Positions 6,589 through 13,988 of a stretch of 24,000 nucleotides of DNA are shown piece by piece (the first letter of the stretch is position 1; every line of letters begins with the position of its first letter). The position numbers were made by a program, and so were the translations under genes. The notes under the pieces are model-generated. The model made no database searches, was not told the origin of the DNA, and saw nothing but the letters and a program-made list of their open reading frames with translations. The stretch is from Erythrobacter aureus (GTDB lineage Bacteria > Pseudomonadota > Alphaproteobacteria > Sphingomonadales > Sphingomonadaceae), in NCBI RefSeq assembly GCF_003355455.1, contig NZ_CP031357.1:2002489-2026488 (forward strand). The letters are read 5' to 3'.

Positions 6589-8910
6589 ATGACAAAACAG
6601 AACAAATTCCGGAAGCCGCAGGGGCTTCCGACGAAAGACCAGATTCTCGAATTCATCCAGACCTCCGATATCCCCGCTGGCAAGCGTGAAATTGCCAAGG
6701 CGTTCGGGCTGAAAGGTCAGGAAAAGATCGCGCTTAAAAAGCGCCTCAAGGACATGGCCGAAGAAGGCCTGATCGACGGCAAGCGCACCGCCTATCACCG
6801 GATGGGCGGCGTACCCAAGGTAACCGTGCTCAAGATCGTAGCGATCGAGGATGGCGAACCTGTGGCCGAGCCCGAGAACTGGGCTCCCGACAACAAGGAA
6901 AAGCCGCCGCGCCTGATGGTGAAGGAAAGCAAGAAGATGGCCGCGCTCAAACGTGGCGACCGGATTCTTGCGCGCAATGAAGAAACCGAGCGTGGATGGC
7001 GCGCGACGCCGATAAAGAAACTGCCCGCGCGCACCGAAGGGCTGATGGGCGTGGTCGAAAAGGATGGCAGCGGCAATTACTGGCTCGCGCCCGTCGACAA
7101 GCGCGTACGCGAAAGTGCGCCCATCGGCGATGTGGGCGAGGCGAAGGAAGGCGAGCTGGTGCTGGCCGAGCGCATGGGCAAATCCGCCCGCTCCAAGGTC
7201 AAGGTGGTCGAGGTCGTCGGCGACCCGCTCGCTCCCAAGGCCTTCAGCCTGATCGCCATCGCCAAGCACGGTATCCCGCACATCTTCCCGCAAGAAACGA
7301 TTGCCGAGGCCGAACGTGCGGTCGACCTGCCGCTCTCGCCCGACCACCGCGAGGACCTGCGCGATATCCCCATCGTCGCCATCGACCCCGCCGATGCCCG
7401 CGATCACGACGATGCGATCTGGGCCGAGCCGGACGGCAAGGGCGGCTACCGCGCGATTATCGCGATCGCCGATGTCAGCTATTACGTCCGCCCCGGCGGT
7501 GCACTCGACCGCGAGGCGAGGAAGCGCGGTAATTCGGTCTATTTCCCCGACCGTGTGGTGCCGATGCTGCCCGAAGTGCTGAGCGCCGACGTTTGCAGCC
7601 TCAAACAGGATGTCGACCGCGCGGCGATGGCCTGCCACATCCGTATCGACAAGGACGGCAAGGTCAGCGACTGGCGCTTCACCCGCGCGATCGTGCGGCT
7701 CGCAAAGAACATCGCCTACGAGGACGCGCAGGCGGCCATCGATGCCGGCGACGCGCCCGAGTACCTCGCAAACCTGTGGGGCGCGTGGAAACTGCTGTTC
7801 AAGGCGCGGCAGGCGCGCGATCCGCTCGATCTCGAATTGCCCGAGCGCCAGGTGCGCCTCAACGACGAGGGTGTGATCGAGGAGATCGCCGTGCGCGAAC
7901 GGCTCGATGCGCACCGCGTGGTCGAGGATTTCATGATCGCCGCCAATGTCGCCGCGGCCAAGGCGCTGGAAGCCAAGGCCGCGCCGGTCGTCTACCGCGT
8001 CCACGAGACGCCGAGCCGCGAGAAGCTGCTCGCCTTCCGCGAATATCTCGCCACGCAGGGCAAGAAGTTCGCGCTGGGCCAGGTTATCACGCCGGGAATC
8101 TTCAACCGCATGCTCAAGGACATCGCCGATCCGGCCGAAAAGGCGCTTATCATGGAAGCGGTGCTGCGCAGCCAGACGCAGGCTTTTTACGGGCCGCAGA
8201 ACGCGGGGCATTTCGGCCTATCGCTCGGCTCTTACGCGCATTTCACCTCGCCGATCCGCCGCTACGCCGACCTTCTCGTCCATCGCGCGCTGGTCGATGC
8301 CTATAAGCTGGAACAGCCCGAACCGAAGATAGACCTGCCAGAGACATCGGGCCTTTCGGATCGTGACAAGACCGCGCTGCACCAGATCACCGATGCGATC
8401 AGCCAGACCGAGCGCCGCGCGATGGAGGCGGAACGCGACACGATCGATCGCTATGTCGCGGCCTGGCTTTCAGGCCGCGTGGGCGAGACGTTCGATACGC
8501 GCATCACAGGCGTTCAGGGCTTCGGCTTTTTCGCCACGATCGAGAAGCTGGGCGGAGACGGCCTTGTCCCGGTCAGCACGCTGGGCCGCGAATATTTCAG
8601 CTATGACGAGAAAGCGCAAAAGCTGATCGGCGAAAGCAGCGGGACCGAATATGCCGTGGGCGACCTCCTGAAATTGAAGCTCGCCGAGGCCAATGCGCTG
8701 ACCGGTGCACTGAAATTCGAAGTGCCCGACAGCGATGGTTCGGGTATCGAACCGCGCGGCAATCGCGTTCGCGCGAAGAAGCGCACACATCAGAAGCGTG
8801 GCCCGAAAAAGCCGCCGGTCAAGGGCAAGGGCGCTCCACGCCAGCAGCACGATCAGGGCAAACGCGGGCGGCCGGGGAATATCCGGCACCAAGGGCGCAA
8901 GAAGAAGTGA
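6589..8910 (+). CDS. rnr: Ribonuclease R (VacB), with Lys/Arg-rich C-terminal tail
   Basis: N-terminal HTH-like region, RNB domain motifs (VAIDPADARDHDDAIW, YFPDRVVPMLPE, HFGLSLGSYAHFTSPIRRYADLLVHR), a C-terminal S1 domain (GETFDTRITGVQGFGFFATI) and a basic tail. The start is set at ATG 6589 (MTKQNKF), downstream of the hairpin. ATG 6559 is an alternative. Confidence 0.92.
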   Translation: MTKQNKFRKPQGLPTKDQILEFIQTSDIPAGKREIAKAFGLKGQEKIALKKRLKDMAEEGLIDGKRTAYHRMGGVPKVTVLKIVAIEDGEPVAEPENWAPDNKEKPPRLMVKESKKMAALKRGDRILARNEETERGWRATPIKKLPARTEGLMGVVEKDGSGNYWLAPVDKRVRESAPIGDVGEAKEGELVLAERMGKSARSKVKVVEVVGDPLAPKAFSLIAIAKHGIPHIFPQETIAEAERAVDLPLSPDHREDLRDIPIVAIDPADARDHDDAIWAEPDGKGGYRAIIAIADVSYYVRPGGALDREARKRGNSVYFPDRVVPMLPEVLSADVCSLKQDVDRAAMACHIRIDKDGKVSDWRFTRAIVRLAKNIAYEDAQAAIDAGDAPEYLANLWGAWKLLFKARQARDPLDLELPERQVRLNDEGVIEEIAVRERLDAHRVVEDFMIAANVAAAKALEAKAAPVVYRVHETPSREKLLAFREYLATQGKKFALGQVITPGIFNRMLKDIADPAEKALIMEAVLRSQTQAFYGPQNAGHFGLSLGSYAHFTSPIRRYADLLVHRALVDAYKLEQPEPKIDLPETSGLSDRDKTALHQITDAISQTERRAMEAERDTIDRYVAAWLSGRVGETFDTRITGVQGFGFFATIEKLGGDGLVPVSTLGREYFSYDEKAQKLIGESSGTEYAVGDLLKLKLAEANALTGALKFEVPDSDGSGIEPRGNRVRAKKRTHQKRGPKKPPVKGKGAPRQQHDQGKRGRPGNIRHQGRKKK

Positions 8911-8917
8911 CCTAACG

Positions 8918-8936
8918 GGCGGAGCGGGGCTCCGCC
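8918..8936 (+). terminator. GC-rich stem-loop after the rnr stop (GGCGGAGC-ggg-GCTCCGCC)
   Basis: An 8-bp stem begins 8 nt after the TGA at 8908-8910. The downstream sequence gaccgatttcg has only a short T-run, so intrinsic-terminator function is uncertain. Confidence 0.35.
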
Positions 8937-8967
8937 GACCGATTTCGACAGGGAGGGGCAGGCGGAT

Positions 8968-9375
8968 ATGGCCGCGAACACAGAAGGGTCTTGTAGTTGC
9001 GGCGCCGTCCGGTTCCGGGTCACGGGGCCTTTCGAGAGCTTCTTCCTGTGCCATTGTCGGCGCTGCCGCAAGGATACCGGATCGGCCCATGCCGCCAATC
9101 TCTTCTCGCAGGCGGCCGAGCTCCACTGGCTTCGCGGGCAGGACACGGTCAGGACCTATCGCGTACCGCACACCCGGCATCGGAAGAGCTTCTGCACGAT
9201 TTGCGGATCATCGGTCCCCAACAGTGCGGACGACGGGGCGGGGATTGTGGTGCCGGCAGGCTGTCTCGACAGCGCCATCGATCTTCTGCCCGACGCACAT
9301 ATCTTCTGTGCAAGCAGGGCGGAATGGGATGTGCGCCTGGAAGACATCCCGCATTGCGCCGCTCTGCCGGGTTAG
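8968..9375 (+). CDS. GFA family protein (CENP-V/glutathione-dependent formaldehyde-activating enzyme fold)
   Basis: 135 aa with the Cys pattern of the GFA zinc sites: CSCGAVRF, CHCRRCRK, FCTICGS. SD gggagggg lies about 8 nt upstream of the ATG. Confidence 0.85.
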   Translation: MAANTEGSCSCGAVRFRVTGPFESFFLCHCRRCRKDTGSAHAANLFSQAAELHWLRGQDTVRTYRVPHTRHRKSFCTICGSSVPNSADDGAGIVVPAGCLDSAIDLLPDAHIFCASRAEWDVRLEDIPHCAALPG

Positions 9376-9824
9376 GCCAGCGCGTCGATCTGTTCGCGGC
9401 TCAGGCCGCCGGGGACGAGGTAGAGCGGGCAGGGCAGGCTGCTCGCACTTCCCGCGAAATGCGTCACCAGCGGGCCGGACCCGCCTTCGGCACTCGTCGC
9501 CAGAACCAGTGCGGCGATATTGCCGTGTTCCTCGATATATTTGCGGATAACGTCGGCCGCCGAGCCCGGTCGTACGGCGATGGTCGGCATCTTGCCCATC
9601 TCGCCGAAGATGTTTCCCGCCGCGCTATTGGCCATCACTTCGGCCCGCTCGCGCGCTTCCTGCTCGATCGTCGCCTGAACGCCGCCGAACGCGTTGAAGG
9701 TCTGCTGCGGTACCAGTGCTAGGATATGGACCGATCCGCCGGTTTTCTGTGCCCGCAACGAGGCAAAACGCAGCGCCTGTCTGGCTTCTTCGGTCTCGTC
9801 CATGACGACAAGGTATGTACGCAT
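9372..9824 (-). CDS. Universal stress protein (UspA family)
   Basis: 150 aa, MRTYLVVMDETEEARQALRFASLRAQKTGGSVHILALV...GNIAALVLATSAEGGSGPLVTHF, with a Usp alpha/beta fold pattern. SD ggggag lies 5-6 nt upstream on the minus strand. Confidence 0.8.
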   Translation of the reverse strand: MRTYLVVMDETEEARQALRFASLRAQKTGGSVHILALVPQQTFNAFGGVQATIEQEARERAEVMANSAAGNIFGEMGKMPTIAVRPGSAADVIRKYIEEHGNIAALVLATSAEGGSGPLVTHFAGSASSLPCPLYLVPGGLSREQIDALA

Positions 9825-9957
9825 CGATGCTCCCCGGCTCCCTCGGCAGCGGACTACCCGTTAATTCGTGTTCTCCGCAAGGACCTTGCAGTCGACCGAC
9901 CTTTTCGCCAGAGGTGCGATCGAACTCATTCCCCAGCGAGGACGTAACGTCAACACC

Positions 9958-11265
9958 ATGCCCACGCCGATCAAGATGCCCGCCCTGTCGCCCACCATGG
10001 AGGAGGGCACGCTCGCCAAATGGCTGGTAAAGCCGGGGGATACGGTCAATGCCGGCGACATCATGGCCGAGATCGAAACCGACAAGGCGACGATGGAATT
10101 CGAAGCCGTGGACGAAGGCACGATCGCCAGCATCGCGGTGGAGGAAGGGACCGAGGGCGTGAAGGTCGGCACGGTTATCGCCATGCTTGCCGAGGAGGGC
10201 GAGGATGTGGACGAGGCCGCTGCGGCGGCGCCTCCGGGCGATTCTCCTGCTAAAGAGCCCACCGAAACCAAGGAAGAAGAAAAGGGCGTCGTCCCAGCGA
10301 AAGCTGGGACCGCTAACGGCTCCGCTCAACCGAAAGCGACCCCAGCGTCCGCTGGGGTGACGGACAAGGACCGTATCATCGCCTCGCCGCTAGCCAAGCG
10401 GATCGCCGAGCAGAAGGGTATCGATCTTTCGGGCGTGAAGGGCAGCGGCCCGAACGGCCGTATCGTGAAAGCAGACGTCGAGAGTGCGACGGCCGGTGCC
10501 GCGCCCGCCAAGGAAGCCGCCACACCTGCGCCCAGCGCTCCGGCAAAACCCGCGACGCTCGGCGGCGATCTCGACGCGCCTTACGAAGCGCAAAAGCTCA
10601 ACAATGTCCGCAAGGTCATCGCCAAGCGCCTCACCGAGGCGAAGCAGACCATCCCGCACATCTACCTCACCGTGGACGTGAGGCTCGATGCGCTGCTCGA
10701 CCTGCGCAAACAATTGAACGCCTCGCTGGAGGCGGACGGCGTGAAGCTGTCGGTCAACGATCTGCTCATCAAGGCGCTCGCCCGCGCGCTACAGCGTGTT
10801 CCGGCCTGCAATGTCAGCTTCCAGGGCGACGAGCTGTTCCAGTATGCGCGCGAGGATATCTCGGTCGCGGTCGCCGCGCCTTCGGGCCTGATCACGCCGA
10901 TCATTCGCGATGCGGGCCGCAAGGGCCTCGCCCAGATCAGCACCGAGATGAAGGAACTTGCGGGCAAGGCGCGCGACGGCAAGCTGCAGCCGCATGAATT
11001 CCAGGGCGGCACCGCGTCGCTCTCCAACCTCGGCATGTTCGGCACCAAGCAGTTCGACGCGGTGATCAACCCGCCGCAGGCGATGATCCTCGCGGTCGGC
11101 GCAGGCGAGCAGCGTCCGCATGTGATCGACGGCGCACTCGGCGTCGCCACCGTGATGAGCGCCACCGGCAGCTTCGACCACCGCGCCATCGACGGCGCCG
11201 ACGGCGCGCAGTTGATGGAAGCTTTCCAGCAACTGGTCGAGAACCCGATGGGGCTGGTGGTGTGA
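9958..11265 (+). CDS. pdhC: Pyruvate dehydrogenase complex dihydrolipoamide acetyltransferase (E2)
   Basis: MPTPIKMPALSPTMEEGTLAKWLV...EIETDKATMEFE (lipoyl-Lys motif), an Ala/Pro-rich linker, the E3-binding domain IIASPLAKRIAEQKGIDLSGVKGSGPNGRIVKADV, and a catalytic domain with DHRAIDGA. The ATG at 9958 was chosen over the ORF-track start at 9868. Confidence 0.93.
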   Translation: MPTPIKMPALSPTMEEGTLAKWLVKPGDTVNAGDIMAEIETDKATMEFEAVDEGTIASIAVEEGTEGVKVGTVIAMLAEEGEDVDEAAAAAPPGDSPAKEPTETKEEEKGVVPAKAGTANGSAQPKATPASAGVTDKDRIIASPLAKRIAEQKGIDLSGVKGSGPNGRIVKADVESATAGAAPAKEAATPAPSAPAKPATLGGDLDAPYEAQKLNNVRKVIAKRLTEAKQTIPHIYLTVDVRLDALLDLRKQLNASLEADGVKLSVNDLLIKALARALQRVPACNVSFQGDELFQYAREDISVAVAAPSGLITPIIRDAGRKGLAQISTEMKELAGKARDGKLQPHEFQGGTASLSNLGMFGTKQFDAVINPPQAMILAVGAGEQRPHVIDGALGVATVMSATGSFDHRAIDGADGAQLMEAFQQLVENPMGLVV

Positions 11266-11744
11266 CCTCTCCAACTCCGACTAGCGAGCATGCTCGCAAG
11301 TCTGCGTATCCTCGCCGGCAAGCGGAGAGGACCAATAGAACGAACTCCTCTCCCCTCGCGGGAGAGGAAGGGACCCGCCGCGCAGCGGTGGGAAGGAGAG
11401 GGGGCAAGCGCAACCTCCTGCCATTGGCAAAACGTATGCGCCGCGAGCCGACCGAGGCCGAACGTCGCTTATGGTCGATCTTCCGCGCAGGTCGAATAGC
11501 CGGTGCGAAATTCAAGCGCCAAGAACAGATTGGCGATTACATTGTGGATTTCGTCTGCTTCAAGGCGCGGCTGATCGTCGAAGCGGATGGCTCACAGCAC
11601 ATCGATAGCGACGCGGACAAGGCCCGCGATGCCTGGCTCATCTCGCAAGGATTTCGAATTCTTCGGTTTTGGAACAATGATATACTGCAGGATAGCGACG
11701 CGGTCGCTGCTGCGATTCTGGAAGCGGTAAAATCCAGTGCCTGA
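11262..11744 (+). CDS. DUF559 (Vsr/restriction-endonuclease-like fold) domain protein; true start probably internal (GTG 11388, TTG 11424 or ATG 11436)
   Basis: The core REPTEAERRLWSIFRAGRIAGAKFKRQEQIGDYIVDFVCFKARLIVEADGSQH...QGFRILRFWNNDI is the DUF559 signature. The first 58 codons or so are low-complexity and overlap DNA hairpins, so they are likely not translated. Confidence 0.75.
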   Translation: MTSPTPTSEHARKSAYPRRQAERTNRTNSSPLAGEEGTRRAAVGRRGGKRNLLPLAKRMRREPTEAERRLWSIFRAGRIAGAKFKRQEQIGDYIVDFVCFKARLIVEADGSQHIDSDADKARDAWLISQGFRILRFWNNDILQDSDAVAAAILEAVKSSA

Positions 11745-12114
11745 ACGCTCCCCCCTCATCCGCGTCACCGCCATGCCGACCGACCTCAACCCCTATGGCG
11801 GGGTGTTCGGCGGGTGGCTGATGAGCCAGATGGCGCTCGGCGCCGGTTCGCTCGCGAGCCGTGAGGGCAAGGGCAAGGCGGTGGTCGTCTCGGCAACCGA
11901 TTTCGCCTTCCCCGGTGCGATGCAGGTGGGGGACGAATTGTCGGTCTATTGCGAGATCGCCGCAACCGGGAACACCTCGCTCACCATCGCCGCCGAAGCC
12001 ATCGCCCGCGAGCGTAATGGCGAGGCTGAGACCAAGGTGGCGCAGGGCACGTTCAAGTTCGTCTTGCTCGACGATGACGATCGCCCGCGCGCGGTGGCGG
12101 AGCGGTGGGCATGA
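11737..12114 (+). CDS. Acyl-CoA thioesterase, hotdog fold (YciA-like)
   Basis: 125 aa. RVTAMPTDLNPYGGVFGGWLMSQMALGAG...GDELSVYCEIAATGNTSLTI...GTFKFVLLD matches the YciA-type thioesterase pattern. The GTG start overlaps the DUF559 stop by 8 nt. Confidence 0.8.
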   Translation: MPERSPLIRVTAMPTDLNPYGGVFGGWLMSQMALGAGSLASREGKGKAVVVSATDFAFPGAMQVGDELSVYCEIAATGNTSLTIAAEAIARERNGEAETKVAQGTFKFVLLDDDDRPRAVAERWA

Positions 12115-12509
12115 TTGCCGCGCTGCTCCTTTCGCTGGGGACAGTCAGCGGCCCGCCTGCACCCGAGGCCGAGAGCTTTCCCGAGCCTCGCGCGCCGATG
12201 ATCGGTCTCGACGGGCCGAGCCTCGATGCATGCGGCGGACTTGGCCGGGTCGGTGGAATGTACCGCAAGCAGGTCATCCGCGACGCGCCCGAAGAAGGCG
12301 CGCGCACCAGCGACACGCTCGAGCAGAGCACGCTTGTCTGGCTGTGCGAGGCCGAGGGTGACTGGCAGGGCGTGGTCTATGCGAGCGGTGAATTCCAGGA
12401 GCCCGGCGATTGCCGCGTCAGCAGTCCGGTCGCCGAGCCTCGCGCCTATGACGGGCCGTGCCGCGCCGGTTGGGTGCTGGCGAAAGATGTAGAATTTCTC
12501 GCCGGGTAA
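12111..12509 (+). CDS. Secreted hypothetical protein with bacterial SH3-like C-terminal region
   Basis: ATGA overlap with the thioesterase stop. Signal-like N-terminus MIAALLLSLGTVSG, then VIRDAPEEGARTSDTLEQSTLVWLCEAEGDWQGVVY...GWVLAKDVEFL, which resembles an SH3b pattern. Several Cys are present. The family assignment is tentative. Confidence 0.6.
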   Translation: MIAALLLSLGTVSGPPAPEAESFPEPRAPMIGLDGPSLDACGGLGRVGGMYRKQVIRDAPEEGARTSDTLEQSTLVWLCEAEGDWQGVVYASGEFQEPGDCRVSSPVAEPRAYDGPCRAGWVLAKDVEFLAG

Positions 12510-12533
12510 GCGGCGAACCATTTCGGAGTTATC

Positions 12534-13961
12534 ATGGCTGACAAATACGACGTCATCGTTCTCGGTTCCGGGCCTGGCGGATATGTCGCGGCGATCCGCT
12601 GCGCGCAGCTGGGGCTGAAAACCGCCATTGTCGAGCGCGAGCTGCTCGGCGGCATTTGTCTCAACTGGGGTTGCATCCCGACCAAGGCGCTGCTGCGCAG
12701 TGCCGAAATCCTGCACTACGCCCAGCACGCCAAGGACTATGGCCTCAAGATCGCGGGCAAGATCGAAGCCGATCTCGAAGCTGTCGTGAAGCGCAGCCGG
12801 GGGGTGGCCAAGCAACTCAATCAGGGCGTCACGCACCTGATGAAGAAGAACAAGATCACGGTGCATATGGGCGAAGGGACGCTGACCGGCCCCACCAGCC
12901 TCACCGTGAAGGGCGAGAAGGGCGAGGAGAAGCTCAGCGCCAAGCACGTGATCGTCGCCACCGGCGCGCGCGCCCGCGACCTGCCCTTCGCCCCGGCCGA
13001 CGGTAAGCGCGTGTGGACCTATCGCCATGCGATGACCCCGCCCGAAATGCCGAAGAAGCTGCTCGTCATCGGCTCGGGCGCGATCGGGATCGAGTTCGCC
13101 AGCTTCTACAACGATATGGGCTGCGAGGTGACCGTGGTGGAAATGCTCGACCGGATCGTGCCGGTGGAAGACAAGGACGTTTCCGCCTTCCTCGAGAAGA
13201 GCCTGACCAAGCAGGGCATGACCATCATGACCGGCGCCGGGGTCGAGGACCTGAAAGTCTCAGACAAGGGCGTGAAGGCCAAGATCAACCCCGGATCGAA
13301 GTCCGGGGCTCCGGGCAAAGCGGTCGAGACCGAGTTCACGCACTGCATCGTGGCCATCGGCATCGTGCCGAACACTGAGAACGTGGGGCTGGAAAAGCTG
13401 GTCGAAATGGACCGCGGCTTCATCCAGATCGACGACTATGGGCGCACCAAGTCGAAGGGCCTCTGGGCCATCGGCGACTGCACGCCCGGCCCCTGGCTGG
13501 CGCACAAGGCGAGTCATGAGGGTGTGACGACCGCCGAGGCAATCGCCAAGGAACTCGGCAACACAGACGTTCACCCGCATCCTCTCGACCGGGGCAACAT
13601 CCCGGGCTGCACCTATTGTCACCCGCAAATCGCGTCGGTCGGAATGACCGAGGCCAAGGCCAAGGAAGCGGGCCATGAAGTGAAGGCGGGCACATTCCCC
13701 TTCATCGGCAATGGCAAGGCCATCGCCCTCGGCGAAGCGGACGGCTTCGTGAAGACGGTGTTCGATGCGAAGACGGGCGAGCTGCTGGGCGCGCATATGG
13801 TCGGCGCCGAAGTGACCGAGATGATCCAGGGCTTCGTCGTCGGCAAGACGCTCGAGACGACCGAAGCGGAACTGATGCGGACTGTCTTCCCGCACCCGAC
13901 GATCAGCGAGAGCATGCATGAAAGCGTGCTTGCGAGCTACGGTCGGGCGCTGCATATCTGA
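12534..13961 (+). CDS. lpdA: Dihydrolipoyl dehydrogenase (E3)
   Basis: MADKYDVIVLGSGPGGYVAAIRCAQLG (FAD fold), GGICLNWGCIPTKALL (redox-active disulfide), VIGSGAIGIEFA (NAD fold) and a C-terminal HPTISE interface motif. Confidence 0.95.
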   Translation: MADKYDVIVLGSGPGGYVAAIRCAQLGLKTAIVERELLGGICLNWGCIPTKALLRSAEILHYAQHAKDYGLKIAGKIEADLEAVVKRSRGVAKQLNQGVTHLMKKNKITVHMGEGTLTGPTSLTVKGEKGEEKLSAKHVIVATGARARDLPFAPADGKRVWTYRHAMTPPEMPKKLLVIGSGAIGIEFASFYNDMGCEVTVVEMLDRIVPVEDKDVSAFLEKSLTKQGMTIMTGAGVEDLKVSDKGVKAKINPGSKSGAPGKAVETEFTHCIVAIGIVPNTENVGLEKLVEMDRGFIQIDDYGRTKSKGLWAIGDCTPGPWLAHKASHEGVTTAEAIAKELGNTDVHPHPLDRGNIPGCTYCHPQIASVGMTEAKAKEAGHEVKAGTFPFIGNGKAIALGEADGFVKTVFDAKTGELLGAHMVGAEVTEMIQGFVVGKTLETTEAELMRTVFPHPTISESMHESVLASYGRALHI

Positions 13962-13988
13962 CCCGGTTTAGGGGAGGGCGAGACTACT

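Noticed and set aside
6166-8211. 681-aa minus-strand ORF spanning the proS 3' end, the intergenic hairpin and most of rnr
   Set aside because: It lies antisense to two genes with unmistakable homology (ProRS, RNase R). Its translation is Arg/Ala/Gly/Leu-rich with no recognisable motifs. Long stop-free antisense frames are expected in high-GC DNA. It would also read straight through an intergenic region.
8735-9550. 271-aa plus-strand ORF covering the rnr tail, the GFA gene and part of usp in another frame
   Set aside because: The translation is Arg/Ser/Gly/Pro-rich low complexity. It overlaps the well-supported GFA frame (Cys zinc motifs) and is a typical off-frame GC artefact.
11284-11297. 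Perfect 14-bp palindrome GCGAGCATGCTCGC taken alone as a significant regulatory site
   Set aside because: About one to two perfect 14-bp palindromes are expected by chance in 24 kb under uniform base composition. I kept it only as part of the description of the DUF559 leader.
11946-13028. 360-aa minus-strand ORF opposite the thioesterase, SH3-like gene and lpdA
   Set aside because: It lies antisense to lpdA, whose FAD and disulfide motifs are unambiguous. It crosses three gene boundaries and has a low-complexity Ala/Arg/Gly composition.
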